A program made the translations under genes and the position numbers. From Eledone cirrhosa (lineage: Eukaryota), in NCBI GenBank assembly GCA_964016885.1, contig OZ024745.1, forward strand, positions 47,306,001-47,370,000: a stretch of 64,000 nucleotides of DNA, read 5' to 3'. This document shows positions 30,934 through 43,800 of this stretch, piece by piece. Position 1 is the stretch's first letter; each line of letters begins with the position of its first letter. The notes below the pieces were generated by a model. That model did not search any database and was not told where the DNA came from. It worked only from the letters and a program-made list of their open reading frames with translations.

Positions 30934-33900
30934 ATGACAATGTCACAGATAAAGATAAATTCACCTCCCGCTGCAAGACGAGAATACAAGGACCCCTCTT
31001 TATTTCAGACATGGATGACCAACAAAATTCCGTCTCCTACACCCCTCCCTGCCCCTCCAACCCATCCATCCCACCCTCCCAACTTCAGAGTTGGTACCAT
31101 GAACGTAGGCACATTGAAAGGTCGCTCAAATGAGGTTGTAGAGATGCTTGAACGTAAAGAAGTTGATGTTTGTTGTATTCAAGAGACTAGGTGGAGAGGG
31201 GGCTCTGCCAGATTCATCGTGGGTAAAAAACGATGCTATAAACTTTTCTGGGTGGAGTAGGAATTATGTTAGCTGAAAAATGGGTAGATAAGGTAATTGA
31301 TGTAAATAGAGTAAATGACAGAATAATTTAAATAAGGCTAGTTCTAAATAAAACTACTGTGACAATAATATCCGCTTATGCACCCCAATCTGGTCTACTT
31401 GACGTTATAAAGGACAGGTTCTATGAGACGCTAATGCACACTACCTCCCAAATAACCGACAGCGACTACCTAATTATTGCTGGCAATCTAAACGGCCACG
31501 TTGGACAACATAGTGATGGCTATGATGGAATCTATGGAGGCTATGGGGTTGGAAATAGAAATGAGGAAGGCTTCAGAATCCTGGAATTCTGTGACTCCAA
31601 TAACCTAACTATCTGTAACACAAACTTCAAAAAACGTGAAAACCACTTGATCACCTATAGATCAGGGGAACACGCCAGCCAGATAGATTATATCCTTACT
31701 AGAAGACAGGACAAAGTGTCTGTTGTAAACACTAAATCCCTCCCCCGTGAAGAATGCACCTCCCAACATAGCCTAGTAGTTACTGACCTCACAGTCAGGA
31801 ATAGACGTACTCGACGACAGAGGAGGCCTACCTTGAGGAGAAGAATATGGAAGTTGAAGGACCCCATAGCCAGTGACAAATTTAAAAGCTTATTACTTGA
31901 TGCCTTTGACAATAAGGAAGAGCAATTAGAGACGTGCGATATAGAGGAACAGTGGCAATTCTTGAAAGTGAACCTGCTGAAAGCAACGGATGAAATCTGT
32001 GGCTGGAGCAGACCTATTGGCAGGAGGAGAGTAACTTGGTGGTGGAACAGTAAGGTAGAAGAGACAATCAAGGCCAAAAAGCAGGCTTGGAAAGTATGGC
32101 AGGATGGGGGAAGTAGAGAGCACTATCAAGTGGCCAGGAGAAAAGCTAGGAGACAAGTGTACCTTGCAAAAAGGGAAGCAGAGGATAGAAAGTTCAAGCA
32201 TGTTCTACAACACGAGGACCAAAAACGCGAGGTGTTCAGGATTGCTAGACAATGTGTCAAGGAAAACCGTGATATTGTCGGGGAGAAGTGTGTCCGTAAT
32301 GATAACGGTGTACTTGCCCTCACTGATGCTGATAAGAAGATAGCCTGGAAGTGTCACTACGAAGAGACTATTAAATGAGGAGAATAAGTGGGAAAAAGAT
32401 AGTCTGCCCCAAATCGATCCAATAGAAGGACCAGCGGTGCAAGTTAAAGGTAGTATAATAAGTAAGGCAATCAAAGATATGAAGACAGGCAAGGCAGCTG
32501 GGTCTTCGGATTAGTTGCTGAGATGTTGAAGGCATCTGGAATGGTGGGACATACTATGGTCACCCGTATAGTTAACCAAGTAATACAGAATGGGGTCATA
32601 CCAAAAGACTGGCGTAGCAGCATCATCATTAACTGCTACAAGGGTAAAGGAGATGCTCTAGATAGAGGAAACTATAGAGGCATTAAGTTAGTTGACCAGG
32701 TCATGAAGGTCACAGAAAGAGTTATAGCGCAACTAATCAGAGAGCGAATTGATCTAGATGAAATGCAGTTTGGGTTTGTGTCAGGTAAAAGTACCACAGA
32801 CGCTCTTTTCCTTGTGCGACAACTACAAGAGAAGTACCTAGCTAAAAGTAAACCCCTCTACTTAGCATTTGTAGACCTGGAAAAAGCCTTTGACAGAGTA
32901 CCCCGCTCCATTATCTGGTGGGCTCTTAGAAAACTAGGTGTAGATGAATGGCTTGTGAGAGCTATACAAGCTATGTATAATGAAACAGTCAGTAAGGTTA
33001 GAATTAACAATGAATATTGTGAAGAATTTAGTGTAAAAGTTGGTGTTCACCAAGGCTCTGTCCTTAGCCCCTCCTATTTATTATTGCCCTTCAGGCTATA
33101 ACAGAGGAGTTCAAGACCGGCTGCCCATGGGAACTCCTATACGCAGATGATCTAATGCTCATAGCTGAATCAATGGCTGAACTAGAAAAGAAATTCCAAA
33201 CATGAAAGCATGGCCTAGAATCAAAAGGCCTTAAAGTTAACTTGTCTAAGACTAAAGTCCTAGTTTGTAGAAAGGAAAATAAGGCACAGGTACCCTCAGG
33301 GAAATGGCCTTGCTCAGTGTGTAGGAAAGGAGTAGGCAGAAATTAAATTTTAGGTTCCAAATGCAAAGTATGGGTGCATAAAAGATGTAGTGGGATCACA
33401 GGTAAACTATCTAAGAACGTAGACTTATATGTGGCCGATGCTCAGGTGCAATAGGTAGCAAGTGTCCACAGGATACTAGCCCCTTCTATTGCCCAGATGG
33501 TTCTATAGAAATAGTAGACACTTTCCGTTACCTGGGTGACAAAATCAGCAGTGGTGGAGGGTGTTCTGAAAGCACAGTAGCCAGAGTCAGAACGGGATGG
33601 AAAAAATTCAGAGAGCTTATACCGCTGTTGGCCACAAAAGGTTTCTCTCTAAAAATGAAAGGTCGATTGTATGATGCTTGTATACGAACAGCAATGTTAC
33701 ATGGCAGTGAGGCATGGGCATTGCGTGCAGAGGACCTGCGCAGACTGGAAAGGAATGAAGCATGCATCCTCCGTTGGATGTGTAACATACGTGAACGGCA
33801 AAGCATAAATGAACTAAGTGAGAAATTAGGAATAAGAGGGATCAGATGCTGTTTACTCAAGAGAAGACTATGTTGCTATGGCCACGGGATGTGCATGAAA

Positions 33901-34497
33901 GACGACAGCTGTATAAAAAAGTGCAGGGCGATCAAAATTGATGGTAGTTACGGAGTAGGTAGACCCAGAAAAACCTGGGATGATCTGATAAATTCCGACC
34001 TTACACACTTGCACCTCTCTAAGACAATGTCACTGGACTGAGATCTTTGGCGCTACGCAGTAATACAGAAGACCCGCCTTGCCTATGTACAAAGCGAAAC
34101 CTACAGTCAGTAGGCACCTCTTAACCAAATATACACCCCAATCCACTACCCCTACCCTATCCTCCCACTCCCACCAACACCACCCTCTCTATAAAGTTGG
34201 TACCACAACATCCAGTCCAAATAAATGAGATAAATGAGATCGAGATCGTGTAGGTGTCATGAGAAAAAAAACACACAGTCCACGCTGTAATGTGGCCGTG
34301 TAGGTAACACGGTAAAAAGTTCCCAGTTCCACACTGTAAATGTGGTTGGTGTTAGGAAGGGCATCCAGCTGTAGAAAACCTGCCATATAGTCCTATATGA
34401 GCGAGACACGGTCACCCGACCAACCTTGCCTCAAGTGAGACAACTCCCATCTAACCCATGCTAGCATGGAAAATGGACGTTAAACGATGATGATGAT
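30934..34497 (+). mobile_element. Decayed near-full-length RTE-clade LINE (second family; APE, RT with internal PHD-like finger, (GAT)n tail)
   Basis: ORF fragments: VGTMNVGTL..IQETRW, SAYAPQ, GNLNGHVG, QIDYIL, NYRGIKL, QFGF, FVDLEKAFD, GVHQGS, LLYADD, RYLG, GRPRKTW. Several stops and frameshifts. Ends in CCCATGCTAGCATGGAAAATGGACGTTAAAC(GAT)n. Confidence 0.9.
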
Positions 34498-34862
34498 GTA
34501 TAAAGCCAAGAATTTTGTGGGGGAGGGGAAAGTTAATTAAACCGACCTCTATGCATTACTGGTACAACCACCATAATAATAATAATAATTGTTTCTACTT
34601 TTGGCACAAGGCCAGCCATCACCCCAGTGCATTACTGGTGCCTTATTTTTTTGATGCAAAGGGACATAACTCTATGCTGCAAAGCATGGTGTCTGACGTA
34701 ATAATAATAATCATTTGCACTAGGTGTCAGGAAGACACTCGGCATATAACAGAAACAATACTGAAGCAATTGGAAAAACAACAATAATAATAATGGTTTC
34801 AAGGCCAGCAATTTTTGGGGAGAGGAAAGTTGATTAAATCGACTCCAGTACACTACTGGAAC

Positions 34863-34894
<32 letters not shown>

Positions 34895-35470
34895 GGATTT
34901 TTTTACATTGGCAGAAAACCATATACTTAACTTGACCCCAAATTATTTTGTTGACCATGGAGGAATGGAAAGCAAAACTGAATCCAGTCCAAATTCAACT
35001 ATAGAATATAGAATGGAGCAAAGTATAACTAAATATAGCAGAGCATTTTTGTTTTATCTAGCATATGTGTTACCATTTTTATCATTCCGCCATTGCTCTA
35101 GGTAGCAATAGCAGCAAATACCAAGAATTCTAATCAAAAGACTGATGAAGCCATCTATCACTTGCCAAAGGGTAAATACTAGTATATCCTGTCCAGAACA
35201 AGTATTGCAGAGGATTCTTTATTGTAATAAACAATCTTAGTAGTCTAGTTTCAATTGGCAATATTTCATTTAACCTTTTTATTACCATGTTCCCTTGCTA
35301 TAGCAGAGAAAATGGACATTAAATAATGAGGATTATGATGATAATGATGACATCTTTAATCTAATACATTACATAGGATTTTCAAATAATTTTGAAAATA
35401 ATCAAGAGTTTAGAGGGATTTAGTAATATAACTAATTTTCTCATTATTAAGCACATGTTTGGAGGATAAC

Positions 35471-35679
35471 TTAATCTTTTAGCATTTACATTACTCTATA
35501 TTTACTATTGTATTTTCACAGTAAAGGCTTTACTTCATATAATTATCTCACATAATATTGAATTAATGAGATTTTGATATAATCTATTTTGAAAACAATA
35601 CCTATGAGTGGCCGGTTTGAATAGAAAGAAGTGAGGGAATTCTGCCCAAATACGGCCAGTTTAAATGCTAAAGGGTTAA
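35471..35679. mobile_element. piggyBac-type MITE (opposite orientation to the 26620 copy)
   Basis: TTAATCTTTTAGCATT...AATGCTAAAGGGTTAA. Confidence 0.75.
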
Positions 35680-36579
35680 CAAAGATTCTTATATAGAATT
35701 ATGGTGGAAGATAAATATGAATGTGGTAAAACAGTTTTGTATCATAGTACTTGGGTCAGTTTCAGGCAGTTTCGTATAAAAAAAACTTCAACCTTTTGTT
35801 TGTAGTGAAACACCCCTTTTACCAAATGGCATTTTACAAATTCTTTCTCTCTCTATTTTGAAAAACCAAGGCAAAACAAACAAACCAAAATATAGCAGAT
35901 CTTTATTTTTATGAAACAAAGGTTAATTTTGTGCAGTGGTATTTTTTTTAATGATTTCTTATACTATACTGTTGAATATGAGCTTCTTTTGATCCCAAAC
36001 TGCTTGAAAATGCCCTTGGTTCTACAATACAAAACTGTTTAATTTAAATTGTTTATATTCATCTAAAAGCCTTCCTTTATAATTTCACATAAGAACCTTT
36101 AAATTATGCTTCTAATGTCAGTGTAATGTTTAATAATAATAATCTTTCAGCTTCTTGATTATTTTCAAAATTATTTAGAATCATCAACAGTGTTTATCAT
36201 TAGAAATGCAATAATGAAAGGATTAAATTTTTATAGAAATCATATTATCCCTGTAAGCTATAAGAGGTGACTAAAATGGTGATGTCAGGAATGGCGTCCA
36301 GCTGTAAAAAATTGTTTCAAACCATCTCATTCCACTCATACCAGTATGGAAAAGTGGATGTAAACAATTATTATTATCTTTACATTTAAATAATTTTGAA
36401 AATAATCAAGAATTTAGAGGGATTTAGTAATATAACTAATTTTCTCATTATTAAGCACATGTTTGGAGGATAACTTAATCTTTTAGCATTTACATTACTC
36501 TATATTTACTATTGTATTTTCACAGTAAAGGCTTTACTTCATATAATTATCTCACATAATATCGAATTAATGAGATTTT

Positions 36580-36765
36580 GCGGTGGATTGGCAGTATCGG
36601 TAGAGGGTCGGACGCCATGCTTTCCAGCATAGTTACGTCCCTTTACGATCTGAGTTCAAATCCCGCCGAGGTTGACTTTGCCTTTCATCCTTACGGGGTC
36701 GATAAAATAAAGTACCAGTAATGAACTGGGCAATTGCTGGCCTTGTGCCTAAAGTAGAAACAATT
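36580..36765 (+). mobile_element. SINE family A (3' part of a chimeric insertion)
   Basis: A-box TGGCAGTATCGG, B-box GAGTTCAAATCC, Nin/Deu-like centre, end GGCCTTGTGCCTAAAGTAGAAACAATT. Confidence 0.88.
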
Positions 36766-37182
36766 ATCTTTACATTTAAATCCCGCTGAGGTTAGCTTTG
36801 TGGGCCAAAGGTCCTTTGGCTCATTCCTTCTCCTTCAACTTTCTAATACCTTTTTTGGATCCTTGATGTTCCTAGCAATATTCAAATCCTGCCTTTCATC
36901 CTTATGGGATCGAAAAAATAAAGTACCTGTAATGTACTGGAGTCGATTTAATCGCTCCCCACCCCTAAATTGCTGGCTTTGTGCCTATAGTAGAAATCAT
37001 CATTATTATCATTATCATCATTATAATTATATTTATCTACCCCGTAAGGATGAAAGGCGAGGTTAACTTTGCCTTTCATCCTTACGGGGTAGATAAAATA
37101 AAGTACCAGTAATGCACTGGGATAATTGCTGGCCTTGTGCCAAAAGTAGAAACAATTATCATTATATTTCTTTGAGTTTCAA

Positions 37183-37370
37183 GGGCGGTGGATTGGCAGT
37201 ATCGGTAGAGGGTTGGACGCCATGCTTTCCAGCATAATTACGTCCCTTTACGATCTGAGTTCAAATCCCGCCGAGGTTGACTTTGCCTTTCATCCTTACG
37301 GGGTCGATAAAATAAAGTACCAGTAATGCACTGGGTAATTGCTGGCCTTGTGCCTAAAGTAGAAACAATT
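37183..37370 (+). mobile_element. SINE family A with target-site duplication
   Basis: Full copy flanked by ATTATATTTCTTTGAGT at 37161 and 37368. Confidence 0.9.
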
Positions 37371-37399
37371 ATATTTCTTTGAGTCTCAGTCATTGATGT

Positions 37400-37790
37400 T
37401 ATTTAACTGGAAAGTTTGTTGAAATGAATATCAAGCTGCTACCTGCAGCCTCAGATATTCAGGACGTATCAGAGGGTTCTTGCTGTTCCCACAAGCATGC
37501 CTTTTGAAGTGTTCCAAAAAGCGGGGTTGGACTAATCTTTTTTAACCATCCTTGGAAACTCTTTGAGATAGTACCTAGTGCGCCTATAACAATTGGGACG
37601 ACCTTGATTTCATGGCAGTTCCAAATCCTTTTTAACTCCCACTTTAAATCCTGGTATTGGTTAATTTTCTCCCTCTCCTTTTCTTGCACTCTCGTGTCAA
37701 ATGGGCAGGCTACATCTACAATCAGGCACAGTCTTTTTTCCTTGTCCAAAACTGACAGGTCAGGCCTATTGTGTTCTAATTTCTTGTCCG
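37400..37790 (-). mobile_element. 3' fragment of an R4/Dong-like non-LTR retrotransposon (restriction-like endonuclease domain)
   Basis: The minus frame reads HNRPDL..DKEKRLCLIVDVACPFD..EKINQYQDL..VVPIVIGALG..LQKACL; the 5' junction abuts a (TAA)n tract. Confidence 0.8.
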
Positions 37791-37808
37791 TTATTATTAT
37801 TATTATTA

Positions 37809-37843
<35 letters not shown>

Positions 37844-39023
37844 GTTATTATTATTTGGGGAGAGAGTGGAGAATTGGCAGTGTCGGACAGAATGCTTTGC
37901 TGTATTTATTTATGGCTATTTACCTTCTGAGTACAAATCCCGTTGAGGTCAACTTTGCATTTCATCATTCCTTCCAGGGGCTGATAAAATAAAGTACCAG
38001 TCACATACTGCAGTCGATGCAACTGACTTATCCCATTGTTGGCCTTGTGCCTAAATTAGAAATCATTATTTGTTGAGAGAAATTTGTTCTTCATCTAAAC
38101 GCATTATATTAATTTCATGTGCAGGCACTAAAGTACTGGTTTCTAGTGTAAAGGGAAATGAGATATATTGATGGAGCTGACATCTAGTAAATAGTTATTC
38201 ATACTAATAAACAAACAATTTCACTGCAAACCTTGTTTATTATGAAGTGTGTACATTAAATATATAATAGTTCATATAACTTTTGCCACTTTTATGGAAC
38301 ACTTTCTCAATGTTTAGATTAAAAGTAATGAATCTAAATAATTCTTATGAAGTTTGCTCTTCAGTTTCGTATTTTTGACATACACAGACATGATTATATA
38401 TATATATTATACACATATATATATATATTATATATTATACACACACATGTATTATATATATAGTGTGTCCCAAGAAATGTGTAGACACTTCAACAGCATT
38501 CAAATAAAAGTGTGTTTACATTTTTTTCGGAGACTCTGTGTGTGTATATATATATATATATCCAGCTGTAGAAATCGAGCCAGAATCAGTTCCCGTATGA
38601 GCAAGACAAGGTCAGCCGACCTAGCACTGCCCACAACAGGACAACCCGTCTAACCCATGCTAGTGTGGAAGAAACAACGTAAAACGGTGATGATGATATA
38701 TATATATATATATATAAAGATTTTACCAGTTTAAACTTGTAAGACAGAGGACTCAATACTTGTAGAGTGTAACTATAGTAGAGAGTAAATGGCTGACTGA
38801 ATACATACACGTTTTTTCTAAAAAATATGCTTACGTTCCTTCTTCTTCTCACTCTCTATCTTTCTATTTCATCTTTTATTTCTCATTCTGTCTTCTGATG
38901 AAGGACTAGTTTCCAAAACGTAAAGCCTCTTTTCCTACTATTTCAAGTGTTAAACTAATATATTTTTTCATTGTACTGTGTTGTTTGCATAGTTATTTCT
39001 GTTTAATTTTTGCATATATATAT

Positions 39024-39500
39024 ATCATCATCACCATCATCATCATCATCGATTAACGTCTATCTTCCATGCTAGCATGGGTTAGACGGGAGTTGTCCCA
39101 CTTGAGGCAAGATTGGTTGGGTGACTGTGTCTCGCTTGTATAGGACTATCTGGCAGGTTTTCTACGGCTGGATGCCCTTCCTAACACCAACCACATTAAC
39201 AGTGTGGACTGGGAACTTTTTACCGTGTTACCTACACGGCCACATTACAGTATGGACTGTCTTTTTTGACGTGACACCTACATGATCTCATTAGTATGGA
39301 CTGGATGTTGTGGTACCAACATAACTTTATAGAGAAAGGGTGGTGTTGGCGGGAGTGAGAGGATGGAGTAGAGGTAGTGGGTTGGGGTGTATGTTTGGTT
39401 TGGAGGGGGCCTACTGACTGTAGGTTAACTTTGCACGTAGGGAAAGTGGGTCTTCTGTATTACTGTGTGGCGCCAAAGATCTCGATCCAGTGACATTGTC
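39024..39500 (-). mobile_element. 3' fragment of the second RTE family
   Basis: Reverse complement similar to 34020-34497, with a (CAT)n tail on the plus strand. Further short 3' fragments near 27630-27840, 38560-38697, 39740-39890, 41300-41730, 42225-42385, 44270-44480 and 63045-63235. Confidence 0.8.
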
Positions 39501-39504
39501 TTTA

Positions 39505-39540
<36 letters not shown>

Positions 39541-40213
39541 TGTATGTATGTATGTATGCAGGCACATGGCTTAGTGGTTAAAGCATTGGCCTTGCAATCG
39601 AAAGGTTGTGAGTTCAACTCTCAGACCGGGTGATGTGTTGTTTCCTTGAGCAAGACACTTTATTTCACATTGCTCCAGTTTACTCAGCTGTAGAAATGAG
39701 ATGACAGGGACTGGGGTCCATATCATTCCACTGCAAAGTGGTCGTGGAGGTGCCACGGCAAAAAAGCACCCAGCACTCACTGTAAATGAGGTTGGTGTTA
39801 GGAAGGGCATCCAGCTGTAGAAATCAAGCCAGAATCAGTTCCCGTCCCACCCTTGCAAGCAGGGAAAAGCGGACGTCAAATGAAATGAAATATATATATA
39901 TATATATAGGTAATTACCTTGAAATATTATGATGAAATATACTAGGTAAAAAGCATTATTTTGTTTTGTTTTATTTGTCATATTTACTTCAATACCATCT
40001 TTATATGTGTGTGTGTGTGTATATATCTCCAGGTCTACAAAAGCCAAGAAGCATTTACTTTTAGCTAGGTACTTCTGCAGTTGGCTCTCAAGGAAGAGAG
40101 AATTTGTGGTATTTTTACCTCACACAAATCCAAACTGCATTTCATCTCGGTTAACTTGGTCTCTTTATATATATATATATAAATATATATATATAAACTA
40201 CAAGTTTTCCCCT

Positions 40214-40830
40214 TCAAAATAACCCCACTTCAAGTCTAACAAATCTTTCCATCCTTCTCTGCCATGCCTCCATGCACTCCTGGAAAGATTCCAGGATTCT
40301 CTGCAGTTCTGTAATCATGGCCCTCTTGATGGCTTCAACATCCAGAAAATAGGTTGTACTCCAAGATCCATGACTCATTACTGGTGATGACTCTCTCCAG
40401 CAAGTTCGGTTCAGTTTCAAGACACTCAAGGATGTCCTGACACATCTGCATATGCCACACCTTGTCATCGTTCAGCAGTTTTGGTACCATCTTCGTGCAG
40501 ATCTTCCATATGTCCAAATCTTTGATGATAATGCTGTCACAAATGCTGTCACAGTTTATGTCCAGCTCACTTGTGATCAGTTGAAGAGTCAGCCGATGAT
40601 CACCACACACCACCTGCCACAATCCTACTTGTTGAAGACCTTCTGCTCCATGGGTTGTTTTGAATTTTTGTGTCGCTCAAAAACCCATGAGTACTACATG
40701 ATCTCATCTCTGTATACTTGCTACAGTATTCCAAGTGCTTCTGATGAAGTTTTCCTCACCAGACCAGAAACTTCAGGTTGGTTTATTGTTCTGTGCCCAT
40801 CGCTTGATGGCCTAAAATTGAGGGGCTTTT
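40214..40830 (-). mobile_element. Decayed, internally deleted mariner (Tc1/mariner) transposase remnant
   Basis: Minus frames read KICTKMVPKLL (WVP(R/H)L-like), LERVITSNESWILEY (ITGDE.W-like) and FLDVEAIK...FQECMEAWQRRMERFVRLE (mariner C-terminus). Confidence 0.75.
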
Positions 40831-43800
40831 AACAAAAGCATGTGAAAAACATATGATGGCTTCAGAGAACTGAAGTCGCAGTTATATGCTCCCTGGATAT
40901 TACGACACACAGTGATATATATATATATATATATATTAACATATAAATGAATATTTAAATAAACACAACAATTTAAAATACTAATCTATCTATGACTATA
41001 TATCTTATTTAAGCAAGCATGAGTGAGAGCCAGGGAGCGACATGTTTTTTAAAATAAATATCTAAGCTGAGAAGCATTGCAGTTTCCCAAAAGCCCAGTA
41101 TAAATACAACTAGCAATAAGAATTTCAATAATTCATTATAAACAGAAACATATATCTTACCTTTCTTTGCTCATCTCCACTCATAGAAAATATAAAACAG
41201 AATGGAATAGAAAAGATGCAAAATCTTCTTTTCTTATCATATTTAATATTGTACATGTGTGATAAATGAATCAATACACATATGTACACATAAACACACA
41301 CACACACACACACACATAAGCAGGGAGAAGCGGACGTAAAATGATGATATATATATAATATGCCCGCATAACCTCCCACTGTAAAGTGGTCATGGAGGTG
41401 CCACGGCAAAAAAGTACCCAGCCCACACTGTAAAGTGGACTTGTAGGCGCCACGGAAAAAAAGCACCCAGGACTCATTGTAAATGAGGTTGGTGTTAGGA
41501 AGGGCATCCAGCTGTAGAAATCAAGCCAGAATCAGTTCCCATCCCACCCTTGCAAGCAGGGAAAAGCAGACGTAAAATGAAATGATGATGATGATATATA
41601 TATATAGCCAGAATCAGTTCCCGTATGAGCAAGACAAGGTCAGCCGACCGGACACTGCTCACAACAGGACAACCCGTCTAACCGATGCTAGCGTGGAAGA
41701 ATGGACGTAAAACGATGATGATGATGATACATATATATATATATGTGTTGATCATTAGAATATATTAATCTTAATAATTGTTTCTACTTTTGGCACAAGG
41801 CCAGCAATTATCCCAGTGCATTACTGGTACTGGTATCTTAATAATGAGATAATAATAGTGATAGTAATGATTTATATATTAACTACAAAATCTTGCACAT
41901 TGAAATACAATAAATGTAATAAATGTTATAAACACAGGGGTTACAATACATGTGGGAGTTGGACAAAGTTATATAAAAACAAGGGTAGGGACAAGAACAT
42001 TTTACACTAGACAGATTAATTTGATAAAACATAAAATATGTTTAATATTATAAGATAGGCAATAATTAACACAAAATAGGATATAAAACATAAAAAAAAT
42101 ATTCAGCGTTACCTACCCATAAACAGATGGAAACCTATTAAGTCAGAACACCATGCTAACCAACCAAGCATTATATACTTCTTGAGAATTACCAGAATCC
42201 TCCATAAGTATTTCTTCAGTGACTGTAAATGTGGTTGGTATTATGAAGGGCATCCAGCCAAATTTACAGTCCTGTCGGAGCAAGGTATGACTTGGTCAAT
42301 CCTGGCCAGATATGTCTCTTGACGCAAATAACCTGTCTGATACATGCAAGCATGGGAAAATGGACATAAAATGATGATGATGATGACTTCATCAACAAAA
42401 AGCACCCAGATCTTCTGGAAAGAATTATTTTATATTTTTGGTTACTACTTTTGTTGTTTGGTGTAAAAGTCTATCACCTGGGAGCTCTCAGTAGTAATCC
42501 TTTATTTCTATATCCATGCACATATTGCATGGGTTTTCCTCCTCTAATTTTTTCATTTGTTGAGCAACCATGTGTTGCTGGTTCTGGCAAGCATGTATTT
42601 CAAGGAATCACTTTTTAATCTCCTTTTTTGGGACATTTTTGCTAGAGCTGTTTTATTTATATTTTGTTTCTCTTTCTTCTCATTTTCCTCTTTCTTCCAC
42701 TTTTGTTACAACAGTCTGCTGGCCTTCCTCAACCTCCATTTCATTCTTATCATTAACAATGGAGAAGGTGGTACTCTTAGGTGGAGCAACTTTGGTATCT
42801 TTCACTTCTGAGACTGAGCTTGATGTATTTTTCTCTATTATTCTAGGATTTGTACCTCTTGCTAATAAGCTAAGCCCATTCATACAATTTAAGGTCATTC
42901 AGATTTTAAGAAACAAGCAAATGATAGAACTCAATTAGCCTTATCTGATTGGAGTTTTTTAGAACAATTTAAGATAATGCAGTGGGAGTGGAATTGTCTA
43001 TAAGCCAGTATGGTGAAAGCAATGGATATGTTTCAGTCATATTAGATCTCTTCAGCAAAGCATATTCCTCAGTAAGTTGCTTAGACTAGAACATCAAAAT
43101 AGATATAGGAAAGAGGAAAGAAATTATGCACTGATTAATGTGTCAACAAAGGGTAGGAGCAAAAATGGCTGAGGGAAGCATTCTGAAAAGGAATAGGGAG
43201 AAACTCTGTACTGTATACCAAAATGTAATCTATGGGTGTGCAAGAGATGCAGTGAAATCACTGGCAGGTTGGCATGAAATATCTTTATGTAAATCATGCA
43301 GCACACCATGGTACTGAATTTACAGCTTGAAAATAGAACATATTTGGCTCCCTAACAGTTAAAGATAAACAGAGAGTGTGTGCAGGTCAAATGTTAACTG
43401 TTAATATCCCAAACACTGTTGAATCATATCTCTGACAATTGATATTTCGTGGCTTAGTCCACCTATTTGTAAATGGGTATTATTCAACAATACTACTTGC
43501 TAATGCATAATTGTCTGTGCTTTATTAGCCTGTAGAACTAGGTTCAAATCTACAGTGTGTTTTCAGAAGACAAACTGGAAAACTAATATAGTTATAGTGG
43601 CTTACAAGATATGATAGCATTGTAAGAAGTGGGAGGTTTTTTGATAAAAAAAACAAACAAAAACAAAAACAACCTATTGATTACATAATGGATGGAAATT
43701 AAACATGTATGCTTGGAGTCTGATCAAATATACTCGGTAGTTAAGTATATGATGGGGATGTTGTTATTTTATTCAAAAATATTCTCAACCCGACTTGTAC

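Noticed and set aside
36585-36670. tRNA gene
   Set aside because: The A and B boxes belong to a multi-copy SINE head with no complete cloverleaf.
42420-42940. Coding-like purine-rich minus-strand stretch (possible pseudogene or TE ORF1 remnant)
   Set aside because: It has multiple stops and no motif I can identify reliably; BLASTx would be needed.
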